From positions 1,102 through 65,101 of the forward strand of contig JBDTVZ010000003.1 of NCBI GenBank assembly GCA_040006935.1: a stretch of 64,000 bases of DNA, written 5' to 3'. A model generated the notes under the pieces. That model was not told the origin of the DNA. It was given only the letters and a program-made list of their open reading frames with translations, and made no database searches. Of this stretch, positions 9,163 through 19,364 are shown piece after piece; position 1 is the first letter of the stretch, and each line of letters opens with the position of its first letter. A program made the position numbers and the translations under genes. This stretch comes from Candidatus Dojkabacteria bacterium. GTDB taxonomy: Bacteria > Patescibacteriota > Dojkabacteria > J137.

Positions 9163-10014
9163 ATGAATAATGAAGATTTAATCAATAAATTTATTGAATA
9201 TTTAAAACGAAAGGGTAGGTCCGAATCCACTCTCATCGCTTATAAGGCCGACATAATCCAGCTTAGTCATAGTTCGACTAAAAATTTAATTAATTCCGGC
9301 GAAACTGAGATAAATAGTTTCTTAAAAAGACTTAAGGAAAATACAGGATTAACTCCTAAAACAATTTCTAGAAAATTGAACAGTATTAAAACTTTCTATA
9401 AATTTCTAGAGCTTAAGAATTTGGTAAATTCCAACCCTACCAAGGAATTACATCACCCTAAATTTATTAATGCTAAACCTAAATTCTTAAATAAAGATCA
9501 ATATCAAAGATTAAAGGATTCTGCTAAAGCGAGTCCAAAGAATTTTATGATGTTGGAACTTATGCTTCAAACAGGAATGAGAATTAGTGAAGTTTCGAAT
9601 TTAAAGATTAAGGATGTTGACTTAAATCGAGCTCATCCAAGAGTTGAAATTCGTGATAATAAAATAGTAACAAGACAAATTCCTTTAAATGACAAAATCT
9701 TTTTTGAACTAAAAGATTATATTTCTAGTATTGGCAAATCTGATTATGTGTTTACTACTAAGAATAATAAACCTATTGAGGTTCGGAATATTAGAGCTGC
9801 TTTAGATAGAGTGTTCTTGAAAGTAAAGTTACAACAGTACTGTGTTAATGATCTTAGAAATACCTTCATTGTAACGCAACTATCAAATGGCATGAAAATG
9901 TCTGCTTTAGCTAAGATTGTAGGCCATAAAAGCCCTACCGCAACAGAAAGGTACGTAGATATCTTATCTAGGAAGTATAAAGACAGAGGGATAGAGAGTC
10001 TATGCGAGTTATAA
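9163..10014 (+). CDS. tyrosine-type site-specific recombinase/integrase (XerC/XerD family)
   Basis: 283 aa. N-terminal core-binding (SAM-like) domain. C-terminal catalytic region with R...LRNTF...GHKSPTATERYVD (H-x-x-R ... Y). The gene ends 29 nt from the 3' end of tRNA-Ile. Confidence 0.8.
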   Translation: MNNEDLINKFIEYLKRKGRSESTLIAYKADIIQLSHSSTKNLINSGETEINSFLKRLKENTGLTPKTISRKLNSIKTFYKFLELKNLVNSNPTKELHHPKFINAKPKFLNKDQYQRLKDSAKASPKNFMMLELMLQTGMRISEVSNLKIKDVDLNRAHPRVEIRDNKIVTRQIPLNDKIFFELKDYISSIGKSDYVFTTKNNKPIEVRNIRAALDRVFLKVKLQQYCVNDLRNTFIVTQLSNGMKMSALAKIVGHKSPTATERYVDILSRKYKDRGIESLCEL

Positions 10015-10042
10015 AATCTCCTTTGTTAGATTGATGATACAA

Positions 10043-10116
10043 TAGGCCTTCGCGGACTCGAACCGCGGACCCCAGCTTTATAAGAACTGTGCTCTAACCA
10101 GCTGAGCTAAAGGCCT
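10043..10116 (-). tRNA. tRNA-Ile (anticodon TAT/UAU)
   Basis: AGGCCTT-TA-GCTC-AGCTGGTTA-GAGC-A-CAGTT-CTTATAA-AGCTG-GGGTC-CGCGG-TTCGAGT-CCGCG-AAGGCCT-A. Canonical 74-nt cloverleaf with UAU in the anticodon position. Confidence 0.8.
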
Positions 10117-10170
10117 ATGAATGAGTAATGAGAGTATAGCAAAATCTTCTTTACGATACCAGATTGAGAG

Positions 10171-11274
10171 TCAAATCTCCTTCAATAAGTTGTTAGTTCT
10201 ACGGACTGACCCTTCACCCTTTGAATAAACCACAGGGTATCCTACTTCTGTATGATAGTCTGTATTACCAACGGAAATACCTCCTCGAATATTTAACATG
10301 GGAGCATCATTACCTATAAAAGTTGTTGTTTGGGGAGTATCTCCAATTTGTATACTTTCAATTCCATCTGTATTTATTCCATATCGGTCGTAGACCGATA
10401 TGATGTAGTCATTAACTAGATCTCTACAAGCTCTCTTATTAACGGAAACATCAACAATATCAATATTAGGTCTACTTGCAGAACCAGCAAAATAAATTCC
10501 CCAAGTTTGAGTTAGGATTCTGAATGCTTGTAGTAGAGTCATCCTATCTATAACTAATACACCTGTTACTTCCAACCACTCATCCTGAAGTGCTTTATTT
10601 TCAAGTATAAGGTTAAAATCTAAGCCAAAATTAACTCTTGTACCCATTGCAGAAATTAATGCAAAATCTCCGATTTTATATTGAGCTTCTGCTATATTTG
10701 TAGGTTCAAAAAATTTATCACCACCTATCCATTGTGGAGTTAAGGTTACTAGTTCTTCTCGAGTTTCCTTAGCTGTAGTTGCTCTTAGAAGATCAGATAC
10801 ATCAGTATCGGAAACATTTTCCCAGAACGATATTGGCAATAAAGTACTATTAATGAATTCTGCTTCAGTAGAAAATAAATCCCAAGAATTTGCTCCGTTA
10901 CAATTAGACATAACAAATATTAAAGGGGTTCTGCCGTCTCTGCAAAGTAATCTTCCAGCTGTATCATAAGATAGTTCCCCTGCTCTCTCTAAAATCTTTT
11001 TTCTAATGTGTTCACCTAGTACAAATGCCGATTTATCTCGCGCTGTGATTATCGAAATTGCTTCTCCATTCAAAGCATCCTCAATTAGGAGTTGAATATT
11101 CTCATTGTCTAAGTCACTTTGTTGAGTTTCATCAAAGCGAAAATCACCATCATACGTAACTCCATGCTCGCTCACAGTATGATCATAATCAAAATGCTTT
11201 ACTCTTGCTCTTGGAATTATAACCTCACGTAATTCCTTCACAACACCATCGACTGGTGAATAAAAATTCGACAT
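10171..11274 (-). CDS. hypothetical protein
   Basis: 367-aa ORF, good coding length, no TM and no recognisable motif. Last gene of the long minus-strand string. Confidence 0.45.
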   Translation of the reverse strand: MSNFYSPVDGVVKELREVIIPRARVKHFDYDHTVSEHGVTYDGDFRFDETQQSDLDNENIQLLIEDALNGEAISIITARDKSAFVLGEHIRKKILERAGELSYDTAGRLLCRDGRTPLIFVMSNCNGANSWDLFSTEAEFINSTLLPISFWENVSDTDVSDLLRATTAKETREELVTLTPQWIGGDKFFEPTNIAEAQYKIGDFALISAMGTRVNFGLDFNLILENKALQDEWLEVTGVLVIDRMTLLQAFRILTQTWGIYFAGSASRPNIDIVDVSVNKRACRDLVNDYIISVYDRYGINTDGIESIQIGDTPQTTTFIGNDAPMLNIRGGISVGNTDYHTEVGYPVVYSKGEGSVRRTNNLLKEI

Positions 11275-11335
11275 AAGATTTGTAATGAATAAAAAGTTGG
11301 GGAATTATATCATCCAGGAAGGATATTGCGCAATC

Positions 11336-11450
11336 AAGGCAGGCAGGGGGTGAGGTCCTACCTCCCCGAAAGCACGTTCTCTGCTTGGGAGGTCCATATT
11401 AGATTTGCTTTTCGAATCCCAAGGGACGCAGATCTGCGTAGCCTACACTA
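11336..11450 (+). repeat. structured intergenic repeat, copy E (core + short tail; H1 absent)
   Basis: AAGGCAGGCAGGGGGTGAGGTCCT-ACCTCCC-CGAAAGCACGTTCTCTGCTT-GGGAGGT-CCATATTAGATTTGC... The enclosing stem ACCTCCC/GGGAGGT covaries with ACCGCAC/GTGCGGT in copies A-C. Confidence 0.55.
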
Positions 11451-11477
11451 CACTCCTCTTTTTAATTTTTAATTGTT

Positions 11478-13931
11478 CTAAAACCCCGGGAATCCTCCTC
11501 CAAACATTCCTCCTGGTTTCTTTTCCTCAGTCTTTTCTTTTATGAAAGTTCCTCTTAATTTAATCTCATTCTCAATTAAGTTCTTATCTTTACCGTATTT
11601 CAATCTTGAGATTTGTCTTATTATATCTGGTAAATTTGGATCTGGGCTTGGATCAATCATATCGTATGGAGATTCTCCATACCAAGATCTCACTGTAAAT
11701 GTTGGAGTTGGTTTTCCATCAACTTGAATTTTTGTAAATGCTGTTCCGTTTTCGATTTGTTGTAAATCATTTTCTTCAAAATTTCCGTCTAAAACTTTTC
11801 GAAGGAAAGGCGCATCCTCTTCTCCTATTCTGAATATTGCTTTATTACCAACGTTACCAAAAACAGCATCTCTAATTTTATTATCACCTCCAGTTCTTGT
11901 TAACTGTCCTAAGAACTGGTGAGCAATTGTAAGTCCTAATTTGTACTTTCTGGCCTCAGATAAGATAATTTGAATTCCGTCTGTTAAGAAGTTCTGAAAC
12001 TCGTCGATGTATAAGTAGAAAGGAATTCTATCTTTTTCTGGAATTTCGTCTCTTTCCAAAGCTGCAACTAGAATTTTACCGATTAAAATCATTCCTAGAA
12101 GGTTTGCATTCATATCTCCTATTCTACCTTTTGAAAGCTTTGCGATAAGAATTTTCTTCTTATCCATAATATCTCTAAAGTCTATTGTAGAATTTTGTTG
12201 GGCAACAATTGGTCTTAAATATGCGTTTGTTAAGAATGGTGCAAGTTTAGAAACCACATACGGCACAACATTTTTAAGAGATGCCTCTCCTCCAGCTGCT
12301 TCTGCCTGTTTTCTCCAGAAGTCGATGACCTCTTGGTCTTTACACTTCCCTAATTTATAGTTTCTATAACCATCATCTGCAAAGATTTTTGGGATTTCTA
12401 ATAAAGTTGAACCTGACTCTACATCATCTGTTAAAAGCATAATTCCATATCTGAAATATTGCTCAAACATTGGACCTCCAGTTACTTTAAGGTTGTACAA
12501 AGTATCGAAAATATTCAACATTTCGTTTGTTACTAAGGTTCTCTGCTCTGGATTCCTAAACTCCAACATATTCAAACCTACTGGTCTTTCTAAGTCTGAT
12601 GGATCGAATATTACAACATCTTCAACTCGCTCTGGTGGAACTTGAGCCAAGATTTTTTCTGCATCGCTTCCGTGAGGGTCAATGAATGCACAACCATGCC
12701 CCATCTTAATATCTCTAATCATCATTCCTCCCATAAATCCAGATTTACCCGAACCTGTTTGTCCGATGATGTAGAAATGCCTTAAACGTGCATCTGGTTT
12801 TAGAAAAATTTCTTTTTCCTGTCCTCTAAAGGAATTTTTCCCAACATACATAAAATCCGTATCAAAATGACTAGTAGCGAAATCAGGGGCTGGAGCTTTC
12901 TTTGATAAAAGCCATTTGATGTGAGGGGCTTGAACATTTTTATTTGGATAGTGAAAAACCGTTGCAAGTTCTGCAGTATTCAAAATCATTGAGCCTCTAG
13001 GGATTCTGTAAATGAAGTCACTAGATATGGTTTTTACTACATCACCTTTTAATTTTTTAAATTTATTTCCTCCGATTTTACCGTATTGATCAAACGAACT
13101 CATAATATTCGTTAGGTGTGATTCTCCTGAGAATTTATCTGGAGAAACTACAACGACTCTAATATCAGCATGGAAACCATTTTTATCTGCTTTCTTTTCA
13201 ATAAGTTGTAAAGTTTCGTCTGGGACTTTTTGTTTCGGTGTTACAGCTGGCTTACCTTCTGCAGCTTCTTTTGGTTTTGCATCATCCCTAATTTTTTTAA
13301 CATAATCCTTAGAGTTTTTAATCCATTCCCCGCCTGCTGGTGAAATGACCAATTGAAGTGCGGCTGCTTCTCCATCACCTAACTTACTGAAAATGTCTGT
13401 GATTATAGCCATAGTATCCACTGGAAGCTCCTCGTAAGTTTGTATGGGAATTTTAGTATCTTTATCGAGCCCTATTGCTGCGTAGGTGACCTTTGCATGG
13501 TCCGGGAATAAGTTATACTCCTTAACTCTTGTAATCTCCGCTGTAGGATATGCTCCATTAATCTGCCTGTCTATTACGGACGCAATTTTTTTAGGACAAA
13601 CAACATAAAATCTAATACTCTCTTTAAATGCTACAACTTCAAAACTTACAAAAGTTCGAGCACCTATAAATGCTTTAATTCCTGTTAAGCTTTCGCTAAA
13701 GCCAAGAAGACCGAGGAACATTTGCTCCGCTGCCTTGATTTCGACATCGTTTGTTTTAGGTAATCGAATTTCGTAAAACACAAGGTTCAAAGATTTTCTC
13801 ATTAGAACAGCTTCTTTGAAATCTTGCAGAAGTCGTCTGAAAACAAATACAAGCACTACAAAAACTAAAATTGCTAAAGCAAATCCGGTAATGAGAATTA
13901 GAAATGTGTTTTGAGTGTTGTTATCCAACAT
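11478..13931 (-). CDS. VirB4/TrbE/CagE-family type IV secretion ATPase
   Basis: 817 aa. N-terminal TM helix, then an N-terminal domain of about 390 aa. Walker A IIGQTGSGKSG, Walker B LYIDEF. ARKYKLGLTIAHQ region typical of the VirB4/TraC family. Confidence 0.8.
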   Translation of the reverse strand: MLDNNTQNTFLILITGFALAILVFVVLVFVFRRLLQDFKEAVLMRKSLNLVFYEIRLPKTNDVEIKAAEQMFLGLLGFSESLTGIKAFIGARTFVSFEVVAFKESIRFYVVCPKKIASVIDRQINGAYPTAEITRVKEYNLFPDHAKVTYAAIGLDKDTKIPIQTYEELPVDTMAIITDIFSKLGDGEAAALQLVISPAGGEWIKNSKDYVKKIRDDAKPKEAAEGKPAVTPKQKVPDETLQLIEKKADKNGFHADIRVVVVSPDKFSGESHLTNIMSSFDQYGKIGGNKFKKLKGDVVKTISSDFIYRIPRGSMILNTAELATVFHYPNKNVQAPHIKWLLSKKAPAPDFATSHFDTDFMYVGKNSFRGQEKEIFLKPDARLRHFYIIGQTGSGKSGFMGGMMIRDIKMGHGCAFIDPHGSDAEKILAQVPPERVEDVVIFDPSDLERPVGLNMLEFRNPEQRTLVTNEMLNIFDTLYNLKVTGGPMFEQYFRYGIMLLTDDVESGSTLLEIPKIFADDGYRNYKLGKCKDQEVIDFWRKQAEAAGGEASLKNVVPYVVSKLAPFLTNAYLRPIVAQQNSTIDFRDIMDKKKILIAKLSKGRIGDMNANLLGMILIGKILVAALERDEIPEKDRIPFYLYIDEFQNFLTDGIQIILSEARKYKLGLTIAHQFLGQLTRTGGDNKIRDAVFGNVGNKAIFRIGEEDAPFLRKVLDGNFEENDLQQIENGTAFTKIQVDGKPTPTFTVRSWYGESPYDMIDPSPDPNLPDIIRQISRLKYGKDKNLIENEIKLRGTFIKEKTEEKKPGGMFGGGFPGF

Positions 13932-13950
13932 AATAATTTATAATTGAATA

Positions 13951-14511
13951 TTACTTTTCTGCCAATTCTTTAATAAACTTATCCCATAGAACGCTTAGCC
14001 ACCTTTCGGAGGATTTATCATCTTTCTGTGCATTGGCTGCTATGAATTTTTGAGCTTTATTAACATCTGTAGGATCAAAAACTTTAGGATAAAACCCATC
14101 TCCAAAAGGAATATCAATTTTAGGTTCTATAACAGCTTGCTTAGGAGCAATGTTTCTTACTGCTAAATCAGAGGGGGCAGCAGGAGTTGAAACTTCTTTT
14201 GATTTTTCAACTTGCTTTTCTATTTCAAATTTTTTTTCTAAATTAGCATCAAGTTGCTTAAAAGAACTATCTGGCATTGCAGGCATCACTGGCATTGATT
14301 CTACTCCACTCGATGCTTTAGATGGGTCTATCAATTTTGTTTTTACGAAGTTATAAGCTACGTTCAAAAGGACAACTTGACCATTAGGTGCAATTACCAA
14401 AGGTTCTTTAGTTTCGCTAAGTCCAAAAAATTTAAATTCAAATTTTTCAACAGTCTTTAAAATTTCTAAGATTTTTGGATCTGTTATAGATTGAAGTGCA
14501 GTTTGATTCAT
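13951..14511 (-). CDS. hypothetical protein
   Basis: 186-aa ORF directly downstream of the virB4-like gene. No motif recognised. Confidence 0.4.
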   Translation of the reverse strand: MNQTALQSITDPKILEILKTVEKFEFKFFGLSETKEPLVIAPNGQVVLLNVAYNFVKTKLIDPSKASSGVESMPVMPAMPDSSFKQLDANLEKKFEIEKQVEKSKEVSTPAAPSDLAVRNIAPKQAVIEPKIDIPFGDGFYPKVFDPTDVNKAQKFIAANAQKDDKSSERWLSVLWDKFIKELAEK

Positions 14512-14563
14512 AAGTCGTAAATACTTTAAAACAAATACATTCTATCATCTATTTATGATTATT

Positions 14564-15016
14564 TTATCTATATTTTTTCATATCTTGCTCTATGATTCTC
14601 TTCTGTTCTCTCTCTTTTATCTTTTGTCTTTTTTCGTATTTCTTTTTACCTTTTACTAATCCAATTTCTAATTTAATTAAACCTCTGTCATTTGTATATA
14701 CTTGAAGAGGAACAACTGTGGTCCCAGCTGTTTTTAAATTTTCAATTAATTTTCTAATTTGATTTTTTTGAAGCAATAACTTTCTCTCCCTCAGTTCCAA
14801 AAGTTTATCTTGGATGAAAGAAGAAGCTAAAAGTCCAATTCTAGAACCCATTAGAAATAATTCACCATTTCTCTCTCTTATAAAAGCATTTGTAATATTT
14901 GAATTCCCGTTTTTTAAAGATTTAACTTCCCAACCAAATAAAACTATTCCAGCTTCAATCTTATCGATAACCTCATAGTTAAAGTATGCTTTTTTGTTAT
15001 TAATCAGAATTTTCAT
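14564..15016 (-). CDS. smpB: SsrA-binding protein
   Basis: KKAYFNYEVIDKIEAGIVLFGWEVKSL...LLLQK...VPLQVYTNDRGLIKLEIGLVKGKKKYEKR matches SmpB. Start trimmed to the internal Met (MKILINNKK). Confidence 0.85.
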   Translation of the reverse strand: MKILINNKKAYFNYEVIDKIEAGIVLFGWEVKSLKNGNSNITNAFIRERNGELFLMGSRIGLLASSFIQDKLLELRERKLLLQKNQIRKLIENLKTAGTTVVPLQVYTNDRGLIKLEIGLVKGKKKYEKRQKIKEREQKRIIEQDMKKYR

Positions 15017-15087
15017 ATTAGGATTATACAGCCAATACAAAAAAAACTGCACATTTCTGTGCAGTTTAACTTCATTTTATATTTCAA

Positions 15088-15828
15088 TTATCTTCTTAAT
15101 GATTCACTCGTACTGATAATAGATTGTAACTGAGAGACGATATCTTCTAGCTTCCCTCTTTCGAAATCACTTAAATTTTCTCTATTCTCTTCAATTGCAT
15201 TTTCTAAAAAATTAAGAGCATTTTCAACATAAGCCATATGCTTAATAACACCAAACCTACCACTATTCATCTCAATAAGTGATTGTATCCTCCTATCAAA
15301 AACAGCTTTTCTACCAAACATATTCAGAAGGTCTTGATTAGAATCTCCTGTTAAATTCTCAACTTCTCTTATATCTGATGCTTCAGCACCAAATTCATTT
15401 GAATATGAAGCTTTCTTTTCATCAAAAAATTCTTTTGCCCTATCACTTCCTGCAAAGAAACCTTGAGTAAAAAGAGGCGTAAGTAAAATTGCAGATGTAT
15501 CGACCACCACCTCGCTTAAAGTGTCATTTGAATTACGAATAATACTTTGCATCTCTAACTGAAGAGTATCTAATTTTTCATTAAAGTCTTGCACAGCTGT
15601 ATTTAGACTAATCACCCTTGAATCAAACAAATCTGGATTCATTGAATCATCATAAGGCATAAATTCTTGACTTAAGACTCCCATTAAAACAACTGATTTT
15701 TGATAAGCTTTATAGAGCTGTACCAATTGCTCATCTGGAGTACCTTCAAGATTCTCAAATTTTCTTATTAAAACTCCCGCTTCTTCTAAAGTTGGGCTTC
15801 TTAACGACTCTTCTACTGGCAAATTCAT
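15088..15828 (-). CDS. hypothetical protein
   Basis: 246-aa ORF with no TM and no recognised motif. Confidence 0.4.
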   Translation of the reverse strand: MNLPVEESLRSPTLEEAGVLIRKFENLEGTPDEQLVQLYKAYQKSVVLMGVLSQEFMPYDDSMNPDLFDSRVISLNTAVQDFNEKLDTLQLEMQSIIRNSNDTLSEVVVDTSAILLTPLFTQGFFAGSDRAKEFFDEKKASYSNEFGAEASDIREVENLTGDSNQDLLNMFGRKAVFDRRIQSLIEMNSGRFGVIKHMAYVENALNFLENAIEENRENLSDFERGKLEDIVSQLQSIISTSESLRR

Positions 15829-15880
15829 AAGGTAAATTTATAAATAATTAATTGATATTATAGCATTTCACCTTAGTGTC

Positions 15881-18397
15881 TTACAAATCCAATCTAATTA
15901 CTTTAGTCCCATCTAGTACATAAATTGCACTTTCAGATTGGACTACAACAACTTCATCCAAGTCACTGAAGGTTGTCGAATCACTTCCTCTATAATCGTA
16001 TTGTTTAACGAAGTTTATTTTTGCATCGTCAGAATCATCATATTTGAATAATAGAACTCTTCTATTAACCGGATCTCCGACTACAAGATTATTATCTGCA
16101 ACATCTATTGAACTGGCACCTTTTAATGCCTCAAAGTCTGTGTTTAGTAAATTAGTAAATGAGTCAGCAGTCAAAGTATTATCTCCTCCAGCTAAGTATC
16201 TTTTAATTCCTTGAGTTTTTATTAATACCCAAATATCTCTTGGAACGGAAATATCCAAGGCATTTGCAAAATCTGGATCATCTTTCCAATCTGTTTCTGG
16301 ATCTGTTGAAGGTGCTGCTCCTCCAGCAACATAGCCATCATCTTGTGCATTTCTTCTAAATATTTGCCTACTTGTTTGTCTAACTTCGTATAAAGCATTG
16401 TTACCATCATATAGAGCTGCCTCCATTGGCTTTCCTACGCTTGCTGGTGTAAGACCTGCAAATCTTTTTAATGTTGGATCTCCTCCAATGCTAAATTTAC
16501 CTACTGAGCTAGTAGCATCATTATCGTAAAAGATAATATCCCCATCTACATTCCTCACCAATAAGAAAGGTTGTGTTAATCCAGTTGCATATGCTTGTGG
16601 TTGAGCATTAAGGGCATTTGAAGCTACTTTGTAAACAACTCCCCTGGCAGAATCGCTTATGTAAAGATTTCCATTAGAATATACAATGTCCGAAAGTGTA
16701 GCATCCGGGAAATTCTTACCTACATCTGTAACTATCTTTGGGTCTATAACTGCAGTAACTAGCAGAAGATCATCCTGTCTGGACTGAACTTGTTTAGATA
16801 AGTTGTCTAACTCTGTAGTAAATAACCCGGCTCTTTGTTGTAATGAAATATCACTTGTAAGCTTTTGTAATTCATTCAAAAGTAGAGTTTTTTTCTCTTG
16901 ACCTTCGTTTTTAGCCTGAAGAATTTGTGGGGTCAAAGTATCTAAACGATTTCTTAGGTTTGTTAGTTGAGTACTGGCAGTATTAATTTTTTCTTGTTTT
17001 TGCCTAGCATCATCTGCATTTTTTATTCCAACATAAATTAATACAAGTAATACGACGACGACAACTGCCAAAATAATTCGATTTCTCCTTCTTCTTTTAG
17101 CTTTTACCACTCTATCTCTCCTATCATCCGTGCCTATAATCTCTCGTTTAAATAGTTCTAATAATTGATCTAGAACGGATTTAATTCTACTACCAATGTT
17201 TTTTAAGATTTTTGCATATGTTTTATTATTACTCTTTAAAGCTGGCACTACTTTATTTTGAAAAATACTTGAGGCTTTATTTTTAGCTAAATTAGCTTTA
17301 TTAGCTATATTTGTCATTGTTGTAGCTTCTTTAACAACTTCATAATTATTCTCATCGTCTTCAAGAACATAGTTAGTAAACTTCTTATCTTCCATAGGTT
17401 CAAGATCATCTTGGATAGTGAATGTTTCACTCTGAGAAGTTATTCCTTGTGGTTGTCGAAAATTTTTAACTTTTGTAAAAGCTTGTGAAACTAAGGCTGA
17501 AGATTTGATTTTCAGATTACTACCTACTTCCTTTACTTTATTTAAATACTTTGTTGCAGTATTTTCAGGAGCTACATAAATACTTTCATCTTGTTCGGGT
17601 TGAATCGTTGCCGCAGGCGATATATCTTCTTCCACTAAGTGATCTAGGCTTTTATCTACTTTTGGGAGTTGAGCTTCTGCATCTTCAATTGTTTCAACTG
17701 TAAGTTCTTTATCTACCATTGCGGTCTCTTCCTTTGGCATTTCTGTTTGTGGAATAAACCACTCTGCTTTTTCATCTGCTAATATTAAGAATGCAGCTCC
17801 TGTTATGGTTTCTAATTCTTTTAATTTAGAAATATTAAGTTCTTCTAATGTTTCTTGAATAATAAACTCGCCTTTTTCTATAGATTTTGAAGTACCTAAA
17901 CACAGTCTATCTTCCTCTTTTAACTCAACACTTCCAGTTTTAAAGAACCCGAGCATATTAGAATCTACTAGGCCTTTAGAAAGCTCTACAAACTTATTTG
18001 CTCTTTTAATAAAAATCTTGCTCTCGCCTACAACGGCTAGATAAGCAATATTATTTTCGACTACTACAATTGCCATTTCTATGTCTAAACCCTCTTCCGA
18101 AAGACTAGGCTCACGAGACAAAACGTACTCCATCTTGGATTTCATTTTCCAGACAGAATCTTCTAATTTCTCAATATTATCTGTAAATTCTTTTTTTGGA
18201 TTAAAGTAAGTGCCTTGAAGCTCATCTAGAAGAATTTTAGCTATATTCTCAAGACTATATTCGTCTTTCTCTACTGCTATTCTCACTGTTACGAACATTT
18301 CTGCATTAGAAGAGGTATCGTCAGGTCTATATCCATAGACGCCAGACCACTCATTCTCTTTCAATTTTCCAATAAGGTATTCTGCTTTTAATGTCAT
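15881..18397 (-). CDS. large single-pass membrane protein with extracytoplasmic repeat (NHL/beta-propeller-like) C-terminal domain
   Basis: 838 aa. Central TM helix RIILAVVVVVLLVLIYVGI preceded by a basic stretch (KAKRRRRNR). Coiled-coil region after the TM. C-terminal segments such as NGNLYISDSARGVVYKV and NNLVVGDPVNRRVLLFK look like NHL-type repeats. The N-terminal cytoplasmic domain is unassigned. Confidence 0.5.
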   Translation of the reverse strand: MTLKAEYLIGKLKENEWSGVYGYRPDDTSSNAEMFVTVRIAVEKDEYSLENIAKILLDELQGTYFNPKKEFTDNIEKLEDSVWKMKSKMEYVLSREPSLSEEGLDIEMAIVVVENNIAYLAVVGESKIFIKRANKFVELSKGLVDSNMLGFFKTGSVELKEEDRLCLGTSKSIEKGEFIIQETLEELNISKLKELETITGAAFLILADEKAEWFIPQTEMPKEETAMVDKELTVETIEDAEAQLPKVDKSLDHLVEEDISPAATIQPEQDESIYVAPENTATKYLNKVKEVGSNLKIKSSALVSQAFTKVKNFRQPQGITSQSETFTIQDDLEPMEDKKFTNYVLEDDENNYEVVKEATTMTNIANKANLAKNKASSIFQNKVVPALKSNNKTYAKILKNIGSRIKSVLDQLLELFKREIIGTDDRRDRVVKAKRRRRNRIILAVVVVVLLVLIYVGIKNADDARQKQEKINTASTQLTNLRNRLDTLTPQILQAKNEGQEKKTLLLNELQKLTSDISLQQRAGLFTTELDNLSKQVQSRQDDLLLVTAVIDPKIVTDVGKNFPDATLSDIVYSNGNLYISDSARGVVYKVASNALNAQPQAYATGLTQPFLLVRNVDGDIIFYDNDATSSVGKFSIGGDPTLKRFAGLTPASVGKPMEAALYDGNNALYEVRQTSRQIFRRNAQDDGYVAGGAAPSTDPETDWKDDPDFANALDISVPRDIWVLIKTQGIKRYLAGGDNTLTADSFTNLLNTDFEALKGASSIDVADNNLVVGDPVNRRVLLFKYDDSDDAKINFVKQYDYRGSDSTTFSDLDEVVVVQSESAIYVLDGTKVIRLDL

Positions 18398-18475
18398 GCA
18401 ATAGTGCTAAAAATAGGTACGCTTATACAGTATATAATCATTATCCTTCAATTTGAAGTAGTATTTAAAAAGTTT

Positions 18476-18718
18476 TTATCCAATCGGAAGTATTATTATA
18501 AAAATCAACACACTGGCCAGAACGATAGTGTACACCAAGGCTACAAAATTCAGAAAGAATTTATCCGGTGTTTTTATAATATTATTCATCCTCAACATTT
18601 GCCTGACTAATATTAAACCGGCGAGTAAGTGGACAAGTGCAAATACTATTGCAGCTATACGGACTATTTGGATTGCGGAAGAATTAAAATTAAGCTCCAT
18701 CTCTAAAAGTTCTAGCAA
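18476..18718 (-). CDS. possible small two-TM membrane protein
   Basis: 80-aa ORF with two hydrophobic helices, sitting in the gap between the 838-aa and PH-domain genes. It overlaps the 3' end of the upstream gene. Weak support. Confidence 0.25.
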   Translation of the reverse strand: MLELLEMELNFNSSAIQIVRIAAIVFALVHLLAGLILVRQMLRMNNIIKTPDKFFLNFVALVYTIVLASVLIFIIILPIG

Positions 18719-19364
18719 TTCTTGCTAGGTCTGAAATAATATCTCTAACTCTTGTAGGGTTAGCAATAAAGAAAAAATGAATTGTACCGTTACTATTTTC
18801 TGTTGTTATATCTACATTACCATAATTAAAGAAACTTGAAAGTACTCCAGGTGAATTTTGTTTTACACTTTCAATATTTTCTAAAGGAATTTCGTCTACA
18901 GAATAAGATGCGAAAGTTTTTAGATTAAAGTCCAATACCCTCTCATTTGTAACTATATATGTGTCGAAATACCAGTCAATGAAGTTTTTAAATGCGTTTG
19001 TAAATATGAATGAATAATATGCAAGTATAATTACAATGTAGAGCCTTAAACTTAACTCAGGGAGTAAAGGACTGAAAATGTTAAATACGACTGCAAATAT
19101 TATTGGAATTAAAGAATAGAAGATCGTCGAAACAATCCAACCAAAATTCCTTAACCAATGCCTCCTTGCTAAAATATAAATTCTTTCGTCAGGGTTTTGA
19201 CCATCAAATTTTGCTAAAGGTTTTAATTGAATGCTACTAAATCCCCAGCCTTTTTTTTGAGGTACAACACTTTCCATTTCTTGCCTCAAAGCTTGTTTCA
19301 TTTGAGCTCTAAGACTAGTTCTGTCTTCTGAAGAGAAAGTGGATGTTGTAGGTATGTTTGACAT
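18690..19364 (-). CDS. bacterial PH-domain (YdbS/YdbT-like, bPH_2) membrane protein
   Basis: Two TM helices, then a membrane-flanked PH-like region (YIVTNERVLDFNLKTFASYSVDEIPLENIESVKQ). Its start overlaps the stop of the upstream gene (ATGA). Confidence 0.5.
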   Translation of the reverse strand: MSNIPTTSTFSSEDRTSLRAQMKQALRQEMESVVPQKKGWGFSSIQLKPLAKFDGQNPDERIYILARRHWLRNFGWIVSTIFYSLIPIIFAVVFNIFSPLLPELSLRLYIVIILAYYSFIFTNAFKNFIDWYFDTYIVTNERVLDFNLKTFASYSVDEIPLENIESVKQNSPGVLSSFFNYGNVDITTENSNGTIHFFFIANPTRVRDIISDLARIARTFRDGA

